From the NCBI GenBank assembly GCA_039621445.1, contig CP154954.1, positions 5,925,693 to 5,989,692 on the forward strand: a DNA stretch of 64,000 nucleotides. Reading direction: 5' to 3'. A program made the translations under genes and the position numbers. This document shows, piece after piece, positions 34,136 through 48,010 of this stretch. The first letter of the stretch is position 1. The number at the start of each line of letters is the position of its first letter. Under the pieces are notes generated by a model. That model was not told the DNA's origin. It was given only the letters and a program-made list of their open reading frames with translations, and ran no database searches. The DNA is from Euglena gracilis (taxonomy: Eukaryota).

Positions 34136-37100
34136 CTTGGTCCCCCCCCCTTCCTCTGTCGTGGGAGTCCGATTCCGGTCTGGGAGGCCAAAAAAATTGG
34201 CGCTGTCCCCCACTTTTTTGACCCAAACACCGAGGGTTTCGGGCCAAAAACGGGGTTCTGGGGGGTTAAAAAAAAACGCCCATTTTCGGCTCAGAAACAT
34301 GTTTTCCGGGTCCGGAAGACCAAAAAACATCCTAGGTAGGTAGGTAGGTAGGTAGGGGGTCTGGGAGGCCAAAAAAAAACATCGTTGGACAAAAAAAATT
34401 GGGGTAGGGGGGATTTGGGGGCCATGACCCTTATAAAATGTTATTATATAGCACAATGCATGAAAAACATAACATTAATTTTATACGTATTAATAATAAT
34501 AATATAATACAATTAAGAAAATATGTGCACACATTTCAATAGATAATATCACATGTCGTAAGAATATTATATGAATAATAAATAAAACAACATATTATTT
34601 CATTATAACATTACAATACAACATAATGGTGCTTTTTTTGTGTGTTCTTGTAAATGAATGGGGCATGCGCATGCATGAATAACAATATGCAACAAATTAG
34701 AAAGTTGTATATTATTGTGCATCCATCTGTTAATTCAAAATATTCCCCTCGAGTTTCAATTAAAATATCAAGCAAGACTCCTCCCACTTTCCTTGCTGAA
34801 AATTTGGGACACAGGTCTCCAGAAAAAAAACTTTTAATGATTTTTAAATGAATGGATGTACAGAAATATTATGTGGATTTGTTGTGTATGTGTGTGTGTG
34901 TGTGCATGTATGCGTTACAGATGTAACTTATGTATGTATTAATTTTATTTTCAGGTGATTTTGGAACCCAGGGTGATCACCAGGCCTCTTTTTAAGGAAG
35001 ATAGCACCTAGCCCCACAACACCCCTAGGGGTGCTATGGGGGGCACGGGGGGATCAGATTTTGGAGTTTTACATACCCCCAGCCCCGAAGGTGCCGGGCA
35101 GGCACCTATAGTCAAGCCCAAAAACTTCCCATTTTAGGCCATTTTAGGCCATTGGAGGCCATTTTAGGCCATTTGTATGCAGGTATACAAAGATACGTGG
35201 GGTCTGAAAATCATACTTTTGCATCATTTTTGTCCCGAAAACTGTATCATAACGTGTGCAAACTTCTCTTATTCGGTGATCAGAAATGTACATCCAAAGA
35301 AGCATGCAATATTCATAAACACTGGATCAAAACCATGGGAAGCTCAACAAATCTTAATGCACGCCCATAGAGGAATTCTGAACAGTAAGAATTTTCGGCA
35401 ATGAAAGATTGTTCAGAAAAAAAGCGTCGGACAAATATTAAATTTTTTTATTTGTGGCCTGGTTTTTGTATTTTGTGAAATCTACAGCATTTTGCGGGAT
35501 TTCGCAAAAGAAGTCATTTTTTCTGAAAGATGATGCTGTTGCTGAAATTCAATTTGATTTTTGCATTGTTTTAGCCATTTGGCATTTGGCATAGCCTTTT
35601 TTGGCATAAATGAGAGAGGATGGCACAGATCAAAGGGCAAAGCTGAGGGCAAGCAGTGGATTTGGTGGAGGAGCACAGCCTCACAAGGCCATTTTTTTGT
35701 CCCAACTAATAATGGTATCAGTCCTCAAATCCACGGTCCCCAACCTTCTTTTGGTTGCTGAATTCTGAAGGATTGTGGGTAGTACGATGTCTGTTTTGCA
35801 AATAATGAAATAGTGCAAATTTGGAAGCATGGGGAAAAAGAAAGAAAAAAAAGATGAAAGATGTTGGAAAAATCCCAATTGAGAGATGGGTATGCTCATT
35901 CGTCACCCGGGATTCCTTCGAACCAGCACAATTTCGGGTATTTTCCAAAACCACAAATAGTCATGCCGAATGATCAAATGACCCAAACAACCACAAACAA
36001 TTTTGAATGAGATTCTCTGCTATTTAGGTTTTCTTTTTAGTATTAAGTTTCCCCAAAGGGGAAAACAAACACGGAGAAGAGGAATTGCTCCCCACCAGGC
36101 TTCCATCCAACCATTTGTGAGCAACTGTGGCTTAAGTATGGTGAGTTGGGACCTCTTAGTGAACGAAGTCATTTGCTGGCTGTTTTGGTTTCATTCAGAG
36201 GATTTTTTTTAAGCCCAAAGGTGGGGGGGTTCAAAAGTGTGTGAAGAAACCCTGGTACAAAACCGCCAAGGAACCCTGGGAGGCTGAAATTTGTGGGCCA
36301 AATGGAAAATGGACCCACCCTGTCCAAACCAAGTTTTGCTCATTGGGCATTAGAAATCCCCTGACCTCATTGAAAATGAACCCGACGGTGGACCAGTTAT
36401 CTCGCGTGCTGAATTTGCCGAAGAAGGAGGCCTTCACACTTTTGACCGAATGTTTCCTTGGCTTCAAAATGTTCTTCAAAAGACTAACTACTCCTCCCAT
36501 TTCCCCATTTTGTGACTTTCTTTGTTGAACAAGCATGAGCCAACGTTTACGTGACCCCCCTACCATGCCCCCCCCTCGGGAGCCAGTATCCTAGGGGGGG
36601 GGTCTTATACGGGGGGGGGTCTTATATGGGGTGGTCGGTCCTGGCCAAAGGGCCGGCCTTCGGCCGGCCGGGGCGGGGGGTCTTATATGGGGGGATCTTT
36701 TATGGGGGGGGGCATGGTAATTGAGCCCCCCCTATTTGACCCAGAGGGGGGAGGGGGGTCAAAACTGACCCTCGGGGGGGGGTCACATTAGCCCCCAAGG
36801 AACATTCATGGAAAGGGGGCGGCTGGCCGGCTAGCCGTCCGAGCCGTGTGGACGTCTTCAGCCGGACCAATGCTTCCTTCGGCTGGACGTCTTCTGCCGC
36901 CCAGCCGTCCGTCCGGACGAAGCATTTTTTCGCCATCCGTCCGTCAAGCCGGACCACTGTCTGTCTTGCCCGCCGGCCGGACCAAAAAAAGAATTGGTAT
37001 ATATCCGCCCAGAGTCGCGTGCACTGAGACGCCTGCGCTTCCAAAGACCCGGCCGGCTAGCCGGCCAGCCGGCCAGCCGGCCAGCCGGCCAGCCGGCTAG

Positions 37101-37922
37101 CTGGACCAAGTGCATTTTCTTCAGCCGTCTGGACCAAGCCCACAAGGTCAGCCGTCCGTCATCTACATTAACGAAAGATACCGAAAGTCATTACCTGAAT
37201 GGCTTTATTTATTCACAAAAAAAAACTGTTGTGCAGCAGAATTTTTCCCATTTTAAGCCATTTTAGGCCATTTTAGGCCTTTTTAGGCCATTTTAGGCCA
37301 TTTAGGGACCCCCACCTATAGGTGGTCAAAAATTCATTTCAGACCATTTTAGGCCATTTTAGCCATAGGTGCCTGGTGCCAGGTGACCGAGAATGGCCAA
37401 ATCCCCCCCTTGGGTTTGGAGAACAGACTTGAACCTTCTGGGCCATTTTTTTCAAAGTTCATTTGTGAACTTTTCAAAGTTCATTCATTGTTCACACCAT
37501 CATTTTGGTGTGAATTTTTTTTGATAAAAGCTGCCCATCCCGCAACCACCTAGCCGACGTGACTGAATTGTTTTTTTTTCCAGGGTGACTGGCTGGTTTT
37601 TGGCTCCCCCCCACTCCCCAGGAGGGTGGCACAGTTTTGCCACTTTTCTTTTTGTGGGCAGGAAAACTGCAAATGTTCGTGCCCGTCATTCAAAACCTAC
37701 CAAAATTTCTGACAAAAGAAACAGCCTACCCTCCCTAACATGGCTCGGTTTTGCTTCGACCTGTTGAGAGAAAGTGAAGAAAATAGAATCATACAGACAG
37801 GTGGTTCACAAGGTTGGAAAGAAAACAGGGGAGCCAAAATGTGAGAAGCACAAAAAGACGGACAGGAGGGAGAGGGAAAAAAGGGGGAGAGGTTGGAGAG
37901 GAGGTTGGAGAGGTGAGGTGGA

Positions 37923-38016
37923 TCAAGCGTGCTCCATCCGGTTGATTGGCGGCAGGGAGGGAGCCAGCCCTTTGCTGGTGGCAAACGCGCACGCGTGCGG
38001 CGCCGGGTGCATAGAT
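37923..38016 (-). CDS. Gene 2 terminal exon
   Basis: In frame after a non-conventional intron; TGA at 37923-37925. Confidence 0.6.
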
Positions 38017-41000
38017 TCACTCAGCGAGGGGTGGGCACTTTTTTCGCACCAAAACCCACCACCCATTTTTTTAAAATGCATCCACACCGAAACCAGCTAA
38101 AAATGTTTTTAAAGTTTTCAGGCCAAACCTGCCTCCGGCCACAGCGCCCCCCCCCCCCACCCTTGGGGGAGGGGGGTCTAGCGACCCAAACCCACCCACC
38201 CACCCACTCTCGTAAACTCCCATCCCCCCGGGGGGGGGGCTGTGAACATATGGCTGGGAGGCTGCTGGCTACGGGGGCAGCGTGGGGCGCAGGCCGCTCC
38301 GCAAAGTCCAGCCGGCCCTCAAAGAGCCGCCACTTGGGGGCTTCGTACTGCGTGGCAGCCAGAAATACAATGGCACCCGGGGGGGGGGGGTACCCGGGCA
38401 CAGGTAACACGGCGGAAGGCAACCGGCGGGGAAGACAACTGGGGGAGGTGAGTCCAACGGCTCAATGACCGTTTAAATAGCCGTAAATAAACAAAATAAA
38501 GCCATAAATAAAACCACAAAAGAAACACCCTCCCCCAAGTGCGTTGAAACTTCCGTCGAAAGTTGACCGTCCCCTGATGGACCAGGGACAAGATGTGTGG
38601 TGCACAAAAAAGGCGTTCCAAAAACAGTCAATTGAAAAATTCGATTTTCCCCAAAGATTGTTCCCTCAAAAAGCAAAAGACACAAATTGGGGCAGAAAAC
38701 AGGAGGGTTTTCTTTTATTGTTGGTTCCCCCATTTCTGTCATTCGCCCAACATTACACTTCAACCTGCAAGCCCGATTTCTTAGCCCCATTTCTTTTCCT
38801 TTCCTCTCCTTTCCTTTGTCAGATAAATGAGGAGATGGTGCCGCAATCAGGATTTGGATGCTCCTGAATGGTCCGTCAATTGGGGGCGGGCTCTGTACAA
38901 CTGAGGGTTTGAGACTCAGGAAAAAAACATACACACCAAGAAATGATCCACCACAAAAAAAAAACGTTTCAGGGTGCTCTCCGTCCTCGCAAAAACTGAC
39001 TGGGTCATCGTTGGAAGCACACCGCTGCTTGCTGCCTCCGTTCTTCAACTTGCCGCTGGACGTCTCTTTTTTCCTGCGGAGCAGAATCAGGACAAGTCAT
39101 TTGAAGGAATTGGCTGGAGTTGGCTGGGGCATGCTTATAATCGGAGCTTGCATTGCATGCTGATAATCGAAGTAATGGCACGAACTGGGCCCCCCCCCCC
39201 CCCCCCCCCCCGCACCCACCCCAGCATGTGGATAATCGCTTGGGAAAGCATGGCCTACAGCAGGGGGGGGTGTTGTGACAATTGGTTGGGTGCACAGGGT
39301 GCGCACAGTATTGGACCGTTTTGAACCCTCAGAGGTGTGACACTTATTTGGGCATCACCCGAAGCGGTACAGTGGGGGGTGCGCGCTGTTTTCGTCTTCA
39401 CTTCGGGCCCTTTTTCCGAGGCATTTCCAGGGGGGGGGAGTGCTATGGCACTTCCCACCCACCCCAAACACACCCCTCGAATATGCATTCCTTCCTGCCT
39501 GCCCATGACAGCTTCCGGGTTAAAAGGTGTAGCCTTCCTTTAAAAAGCCTGTGATACCCCCCATTTAGCGCGGTGCCCAAATGGTGTGAAGTGCCCAAAT
39601 AAATTTCACACCACCCCTTCCCATTAATATCCCTCCAACATATTGGCTTGCCGCCAGAAAGCCACTGGCTCTGGTGTGGACAGCAGGCTCACTTTCAATC
39701 AAACCATCGCAAAAGGGAGTTGAGGAGCAAAGCCAAAGCAAAAAGTCGCCCAACGTCTGTCATTTCAGAAAGATCTCTTCAAAATACATCGGTCGATCAG
39801 TGGATCAAGGAAGGAAAAAGCGGGGGATAAGAACTCAACATGCGGAAACCAGAGAGTGCCTTATTTACTATGGTTCCTTTGTTTCGTTGATTTACTTGGC
39901 TTTATTACATACGCAAACCACTCCCTAAAAAAAAAGTTGGCTGGGCAAAAAAAAGTTGGTCCAAACAAAAAAAAAAGAATGACAGAAACCCAGGAAGGGC
40001 AATGACACACACCCAACCACCAAACCATTGACCAGTGGTCAACGACCAGGTGGTCCGAAGCTTGACTTCACCTCAGGGCTTAAAAAAACATAAATGGAAA
40101 CAATATCACTTCTAGCAATTCATCGTCTCCGACTTCAAATGAATTGTAGCACTAGAAACATATTCCACCTGGGTTTCGCGGCGCAACAGCTCCGGCCCCT
40201 GCCGGAGCACCCGCATCTCGTTGATGATCGTCCCGCGGGGCTCCGTGACGGCCTGGTGCTTCGACGTCTTGTGCACCCACTGCACCGCCGGCGGCTTCTC
40301 TCCGCTCACAACACGGGCCTGCTTGCGCTCCAAGTTCTGGTCGCAAGGAGGCGAGGAACACAGAGGACGAACGAATGGGCATATGCATGATACAATAAGA
40401 TGCGATCATACAATAAAGAATTTCTGATATTCAATATATATATATATATATATATACTTATATATAAATATACGTATATGTTTATTAACATTTATGCACA
40501 TAATACATATACATAATATATAGACAATAATATAATATATACACATGATACACATATATACATAATATATATACATATGTACAATTCAAGATGTTATACA
40601 TTTGATGTTTGCAATCCATCATCCATCCATATTCATCCACGCTTACACATGGGTGTGAACTAAAATCCCTCAGACGTGACAAAGTGTCTGCTCGATGGCA
40701 ACTGACTGCTCTTTCCGTCATTGCACCTGTCGCCACAAGTCTGACTCAAAGCAACGTGCCCGCATGAGTGGCAGCTCCTTGGAGATGGCTGATGACCTGA
40801 AAGCAGAAAAGCACTTCCCACAAGCGAAAAGCATCGAATCCCACTTGCAACACACTGACAAACACGTTCTTTCTAAGACCCCGCTGGGGCTGGCTTAACC
40901 AAAAGACGTACAGAAAAAATAAGCCTTGGCGCCGAAGGCGGTTGGAGGCAGGCACCAAATGAGTCCTTGGGGGGGGGGGGCTCGTTTGGGAGTTTGGGGG

Positions 41001-44000
41001 GATGACTCAAGAAAGGAATTTTTACGACATCTGAAATGGAAAAATTCAAAATTGGTATCCACAGTCTTCAAATATGGTCTCATCCAAACGGGGTGGGTTG
41101 GCACTCCCAGACTTCCCCTGTCTCCAAAATAGCTTTATTATATGGGCACTTTTTCACACTCCAGACTCCTTCAGGGCCCTTTGTTTGTTGACCCACCCTG
41201 TACTCCCCAGCAGTGCGCCCTGCTGCAAAGAGTTCACACGTGACACGTGGAAACACTCCACAGCACGTCGCCCTGCTTGGTGCACACAATGAACACACTA
41301 GCAACCGTGATCATTTCGGGCAACTGGTTCTTTTGGCTCGTTGTCGGTTGTTTCAAGCAACATGGTGGGAATGCCGGGTGTGAATGCCACTATTTTGTCA
41401 AAAATAATGCCTTAGGAGGTCACACCTTGACCAGAAACTCATTCAGTGGGTTCACAAAGTGGTGAATATAAAGTTTGGTGAACATAAATTTTTTATTTGA
41501 TGAACAAGAATCAAGGGTCACTGGCTGCCAAGCTGGACTTGGTACACGAAAAAAAGGGGAAACCCAAACACAGCTGGGTTGGCATCTTTCAACTGGAGAA
41601 ATAAAAAACTCAAAAAAAGAAAATACTCAAAAAACACCATTTGTGGTCTTTTGTGCCGCTTCCCCCAAAGAAGCACTTCGTACCAGAACAAGAACGTTTG
41701 TTTTTTTTAAACCTCAGCCCAGCTGCGCCAGGCTACCCCAACTTCGACGTCCCCCAAGGTGAAGAGGAATGAAAAACGCTCATTTTGCAGTCACAACCAG
41801 GGGACAATTTAAAGGCCCCCCATGGGGGGGGGCCAGCCAGCCAGCTGGAAACAGGAGCTGCCCCCCAAGAGGGGTGGGGCCCACCAGCTCCTGGGCCTAG
41901 ACCCGAATCGTCTCCGGAAACTGGCACAAATATCCCAAATCCACCACCTGGGTTGGAATCCTTCAGCCAAAATTTGGAGGTAAAAGTCCGAACCCACCAG
42001 GGGTTTTTTTTTTAAGACCTGGGGGTGGTCCCCCCCCCCCAACCATGCAGGGGGTATCCCCAAACCCCTTGGGGGGGTGGGGGCAATTTTGGGGTCAATT
42101 TCGGCGCTGAATTTCAGGGCCAAAGACCTGCCTCCAGCAAAGACCGACAGGGCTCTTGGGGATGCCCCCCAGGGGGAACCCCCCCCCTCCCCCGGTCCAA
42201 CATTTGAAAACTCACCTTGGCAAAATGGGTCGAAAATATCCACTTGGGGAGTTGGGGGTCAAATGGAGGTATTGTGCTTGCTTCACTTGCACACAAAAAC
42301 CACTCACTCATCTTGACAGGAGGGTCCTTTAAAGAAGGGGAATGGGCATTTTGAGAGTATGTCTGCAGGGGGCAGGGGTTTTTTTTAAGACCGGGGGGGG
42401 TCCCACCCACACCCCCTGGGGGGCCCCCCGGGGGGGTCCCGGGGACCCACAAAAAATCACGAAAAGTGCTAAAAATAGCGCTTTTTCAAAAAATTTCGGC
42501 CGAAAAGTATATCCCACCCCCCTCTGGGGGGACCCCGGGGGGGGGGGGCTCGGGCGGGACCCACCCACCCTCCCTCCCCCCGGGGTCCACGACTAAAAAA
42601 ATCCCATGTTAGTGCCACGTGTGGACACCTGAAATGATTTTTTGACCCGTTGAAGACGTTATACAGGTTGAATGGTGCAAATGGCAAATGATTGTAACTT
42701 CTGGTAGGGTGGGGATCCCATGCTCTTTCTGGGCTTCGGAAAACCTCTCCAGCAAAAACCTCAGCAGAGGCAACTGGAATTAAAAATTAAACAGTGAATT
42801 GAAAAGATTGTGATTTCACGCATTTCACCTCCATTTGGGTGATATTCGACTTTCACATTCGGAGCAACTGTCCCCCTGTGCAACGATTTTAGAAGTTTTT
42901 GAGTTGGAAAAATACAAAGTTTGGTATCAATGCTGTTGGATTTCTACAGAAAAGGGTTTTTTGTATTCATCGTTTTACCTGTCTTTTTAGCATTTTGTCC
43001 AACGTTTTCCGATTTTTTTTCCTGTGGTAAATCTTAACCCCCCCCCCGAAAATGGCCTGTGGGGTTATCATTCGGACACTCGATTGAAATCTCAGAACAT
43101 TAATGGATAACAAAAATTATTTTCATGCTGCAAAAAGTTTTCTAGGACGTTTTAGACTGTTTTAGGCCGTTTTAGACCCCTTTTATCCCATTTAGGCCAT
43201 ATTAGGCCATTTTTGCTTAAATGCATTGCATTGAAACAGGCATCCTAAGCAATTAGCACACAAGCGGGTGAGATTATGGATTTTCAGGACGTAATCATTA
43301 CTTACTTGGGATATAAAAAAAAAGCCTTGTGGGGCTGTGCTCCTCCACCATCGTCCGCCAAATCCACCGTTTGCCGCTTACATGCGCAAAAGCCACTGGA
43401 AATCCTCACCTGAAGGACTTCAATTGTTCACAAAAAAAAAGTTGTGCAGCAGAATTCTTCCCGTTTTAGGTCATTTTGGGCCATTTTAGGGATCCCCATC
43501 TATAGGGGGTCAAAAAAGCATTTTAGGCCAATTTTGGCCATTTTTGCTATGGGGCTGCTTGCCTGGGGGGCCCAAATCCACCCACCCACTTTCCATCCCC
43601 CCGAGGGGGCTGGGGTCGCACAGGGGTGAAAGGGATGTAGGCCCAGGCCTCGGTATTGGGCCCCGAAATTCCCTGCCCACCCACGCGAGACTTGGCTTCC
43701 AGGAAATTTGTGTTTCCAAATTTTACGGCTGACAGTTTCAAAGATTTATTTTGTCGGAACAGATTTCGAGCACATTTTTCTCAATTAGAAACAAACCGGG
43801 GGGGGGGTGAGGGAGCAGGTTTCCACCCCCCCCAAAAGAAAAACCCTCTCCCAGTTATAAATTTTTGGGGCGAACAACGTACCCCCACCAAATGGGAACC
43901 CATCAATTTTGGACCCCAAAACTGATGCCAAAAGGGGGTCCCCCCAGGCCCTAAAAAAACCTTTGGTGGGGTCCCCCCGGGTCAGCAAACTTAAAAAAAA

Positions 44001-46095
44001 TATCTGGTGTCCACATGCTGCGCAACCACCATGGAATGAGAAAACCCCTTGAACATTTTCATTTTGTGGCGTTTTGGCAATTGAGTAGAAGAAATCTTTC
44101 TCAGCTGGAATTTCGCCAAGAATTGGTGGTATTGGATCAGAACCCCCAAAAATGTATAACCCCCCGAATAGAAGCCCCCCCTCGTTTTTCGTCCAACGTT
44201 CCGAATAATGCCGCCCCTCTCGAATAATAGGCCCCTACCCGTGGGTTGTCTGTCAATTGAGACGGCAAGTGCTTTGGCTTCTTCAGCCATTGGTTAAATG
44301 AGGCTTGGGTGGTTTTACGTTTAATGATCCAATGCATCCACAAGAGCAACATTTGCAGCAAATTTGACATGGTTTGGAAAGGTAGGACATGTAGCATTCA
44401 ATTTTTTGCCAACCCCCGGGGGGAGGGGGGTCACTCCACTCTTCGAAAAACCAGTCAATTACTTTTCTTTGGGAAACCAACCAGTCACTACCCCCCCCCC
44501 GGGGGGGGTCGGCCACTCTGGAATCCAAAAGAAATTTGACCAAAAACATGAAAAAAAGCACCTTCGGCGCCGGGTCACTTTAGTGGTTTTTTCCGACCCC
44601 CCCCCCCCCCGGGGAGGAGGGGGTCCGGGCCAAAAACCAGTCACTCTGAAAAAAACCAGTCACCCACCCACCCTGGGGGGGGAGGTCGGCCAGTGACTAA
44701 GTGATTGAATGACATGTAGAGCCACAAAGAAATTTCTTCGATAATTCTCGGACGCTCTGTTTTTCGACCACTTTTGCGAGTAGTGCACCCCCCCCCCCCG
44801 AATAGAAGCCCCCCCTCAGTTTTCGACCAACGTTCCGACGAATAATAGTCCCCGGGGGCTTCGATTCAGGGGAGGGGTTAACATATTGACACCTGGAGAA
44901 TGATCTTCCCGGAAATATATACCCCTCTCCCACAAAAACTTGAACTGTCCAATCGGGGCCTTGAAACCATGAGAAATGAAACCACATGAGGCTCTGGGCA
45001 GATTTTATGCGATTGTGTGAATGTGTCAGCTTCGGCACAAAAGGCCGCACGCACACATGCATGCATGTATTCATGTGCGCGACTGTGGGGGGGGTGGGGG
45101 GCAATGGGTAGGAAGGACTGCCCTCCTCCAAGGGGATTGGGGCTTTGTTTTTGGGCTTAGCAATGCTTCAGTTTCTCTCACACAAGTTTGGATGAAACTA
45201 CTTATCAGGCTTTATTTACAAAACTCTCCCAAGCCCACTGTTGCCTGAGGATCTGTTGCCAGATCTTCCACGAAAATGTTTTTGCAAATGAAAACTGTCC
45301 GACTAATCTAATGATGAAACTCATGAACAAAATGAACACTATCAACACATTTAGAGGTTTTGGTGCATACTCTGTTTCACCCACACACGGTGAAAAAAAG
45401 GCGGAGAAGGAGAGAATTCATCGTTGCTCAAAGAAGGGCATACTCAAAAGCCATATCGAAGCGGTGTTTGAACGAATCAATCAAAAACCATCACCACAAC
45501 AAGCTCTGCAGAGGGGGAAATTGTGCACCGGGGAAGGCTTTGGAGAGATTTTTATATAACAATCGAAAATTTTGGGCCTGGCTGACTCATAATAAAACAG
45601 GGTATTGGCCTTTGAACGACCCTCAGGTTCCATGGAGCTTCGACAATACGTTTAACATAACAGCATCTGTATCATAATACTGGCCCCGTCCCATAGCGGT
45701 GGGGGGGGCAGTGACATTGGGGGGGGGGGGGTGCCAGGAATTGGCGCAGCGTGAATTGGTTTGGAGGATATTGGAGGGCTTGCTGTTTTCCCCTCAATTT
45801 TCAGTTTCTGAATATCTTCAATGCATTGGAAATGGGTAAATATAACAAAAAAAGGTGAGAACTTCAATTCCATTAAAAAAAGTGTCAGGTGTAAAGAAAA
45901 CACCTGGCACTCTGGAACTCTGCCGAAATCTAGGTCGAGATGGATTTAAGCTGAATTAGATTGGCATATTCGACTAAAGAAAATACACCTAACCCCGATT
46001 CCCATGATGATTACTATTATCATGTTGATCGATTCGATCGATTCGATGCCTATTATCATGTTGATCGATTCGATTGTTGTTGTTGTTGTTGTTGG

Positions 46096-46128
<33 letters not shown>

Positions 46129-48010
46129 GATTATGATTATGATTATGATTATGATTATGATTGTGATTATGATTATGATTAGGGTTAAGGTGAGGAGCAA
46201 AGTCAGGGTTAGGGTTAACGCCAGGGATAATTTCCCTTATTTATTTTATAATATTATTTTCCCTTATAAAATACTTTTTGGGTTTATTATTAGGGTTGGA
46301 TTTTATTCCATGGAGTTAAAACAAAAGACTTTGTGATTCTTGGCATTGGGTTTAAAAAAGAATTTGTTCATTTTAGCACAAGGTTGGGGAGCCATTTGCC
46401 ATTCCTTTTGTGGAAAAGCCATAAAATGATCAAATGCCTGTGTGTCGACTTTGAAAAGCCTGGTTATAGAAGACGACGAGTGACAGGAAAAAAAGCATTA
46501 AAAGTGACGTTTCTCCAAATAGTGTTTTTCCAGAATAATGATTTCCCAAACAGTATTCTGTGACCCACCGCGAGCTTCATACACCACCCCATGCAGGTCC
46601 TGACATCCACATTTGTTGACATATGCATACAAGCACACACATATTGTACATATACATATCCATTATACGTTTATTAAATAAAAGGCACAGAAACAAAACA
46701 CACAGAACAGAAACACATGAAAAAACAACTTCAAAAAGCAGTAAAATTATTCTTCCATTCAGCATTCATGTCATGTTTGCATATCAATTATCAATTATTT
46801 ATATTATTAAAAAAACACAAATATGGTGTGTGACGTGTAACATTGTATTATATTTATTGCATATGCTTTATTTGAACGTATTTGACCTCATAAGCACACC
46901 CAAATAGAACAAATTCATGTTTTCAAGGTTGAAACACATTCAGCCTGCTTCACTGCTTGACACACCGACGGGGCTTCAAGAAATACTCTGAAAGGGATCC
47001 TAACATTGAATGGCCTTTGTTTTTTTGCTTTGGATTGCCATCGTGTGTTTGAGGTGCTTGCTCTCATTGCATTTACTGCAGTCCATCATGCAATCCATTT
47101 TCATACAGTCCATCACCCCCCCCCCCCAGCCGGGAGTCCAGCCGGCTGGCTGACAAAGGAGGTGGGGGTGGGGAGTGCAGGAAGGGGGGGGGGTGGCAGC
47201 CGGCTGCCGAGCTGGACCCAGCAGGTTCCTGAAAAACGACAGAAGCCCAAATCCAGCCGGGTTAATTTTTTTCAAACACATTTTTTTTGGTACCCCCCAA
47301 ACTCTTAAAATCACCATTTTGGCCATTTTTGACTTCGTTTTGTAAATTTTTTTTTGCTCAGCCTGGTTGTGCTGGGTTGGCCCAAACTTCATTTCAGTGG
47401 ATCCCCGGGGGTCTGCAGGCCTGGCTGGGAGCTGCTGGCTGTAAAAAAAAACGCTGGCCAGCTGGACCCCCCCCCCCACCCGAGAAGGCGAACGAGAAAT
47501 AATACTTGGAAAAAAGAAGTTTCGTTTATTCGAATTGGGATTAGCAGCGGCAACTTCCCCGGGGGTGAGCTTCTCCAGCCTAATGATTAATGGTTTCCTT
47601 CAGAAGTGTCATCAAAAATGGCGGTGCGCTTGTGGTGCCCCCCCTCCCTCCATTGGCTGCCTTTGGCACTGGGGGTGCTTGTATCTGGATCCTGCACTCT
47701 TTGCTGTCCTGCCGTTTCATTAGGGAGGGGTTTACATCGCAATACCAGAGCGAGCTGACGTTGCCACCATCACTTCTGTACAACACGCAGTCCTCACACA
47801 CAAACACATTCCGCCATCGATGTGGGCGCACTCATGTCCGGTGGCCACAGCGGCATACACTTTGGATGACTTCGGGCGTGGGGCAAAATCATTCAGCAGT
47901 GCCATGGGGTCCTGCTGAGGCCAAGGCCGTCGATAGAAAAAGTGCTGGGAGTTGCTCCCTGCGCCAATGCCCGCTGCGCGTCCTTCCCGACGATGGAAAG
48001 GTAGATGGCA
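37923..48010 (-). CDS. Multi-exon host gene, hypothetical protein (gene 2); central exons only partly resolved
   Basis: 3' exons thread in frame: 41197-41272, 40727-40796, 40169-40336, 39023-39073, 38870-38892, 38529-38577, 38271-38347, 37923-38016 (ends SLPPINRMEHA*). Probable 5' exons 47832-48010 (ATG at 47905) and ~47650-47775 are joined by a 56-nt GT-AG intron. Candidate middle exons near 44240-44350 and 45220-45280 are unresolved. Confidence 0.6.
40169..40336 (-). CDS. Gene 2 internal exon (NLERKQARVVSGEKPPAVQW...LLRRETQ)
   Basis: GC-rich coding island with CAG acceptor and GT donor, phase-compatible with its neighbours. Confidence 0.7.
46073..46180. repeat. (TTG)n plus (ATTATG)n compound microsatellite
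   Basis: Visible in sequence. Confidence 0.95.
47146..47340 (+). repeat. Dispersed intronic repeat, second copy at 50504-50690
   Basis: GGCTGACAAAGGAGGTG...TTTTGACTTCGT is near-identical in both places. Confidence 0.85.
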
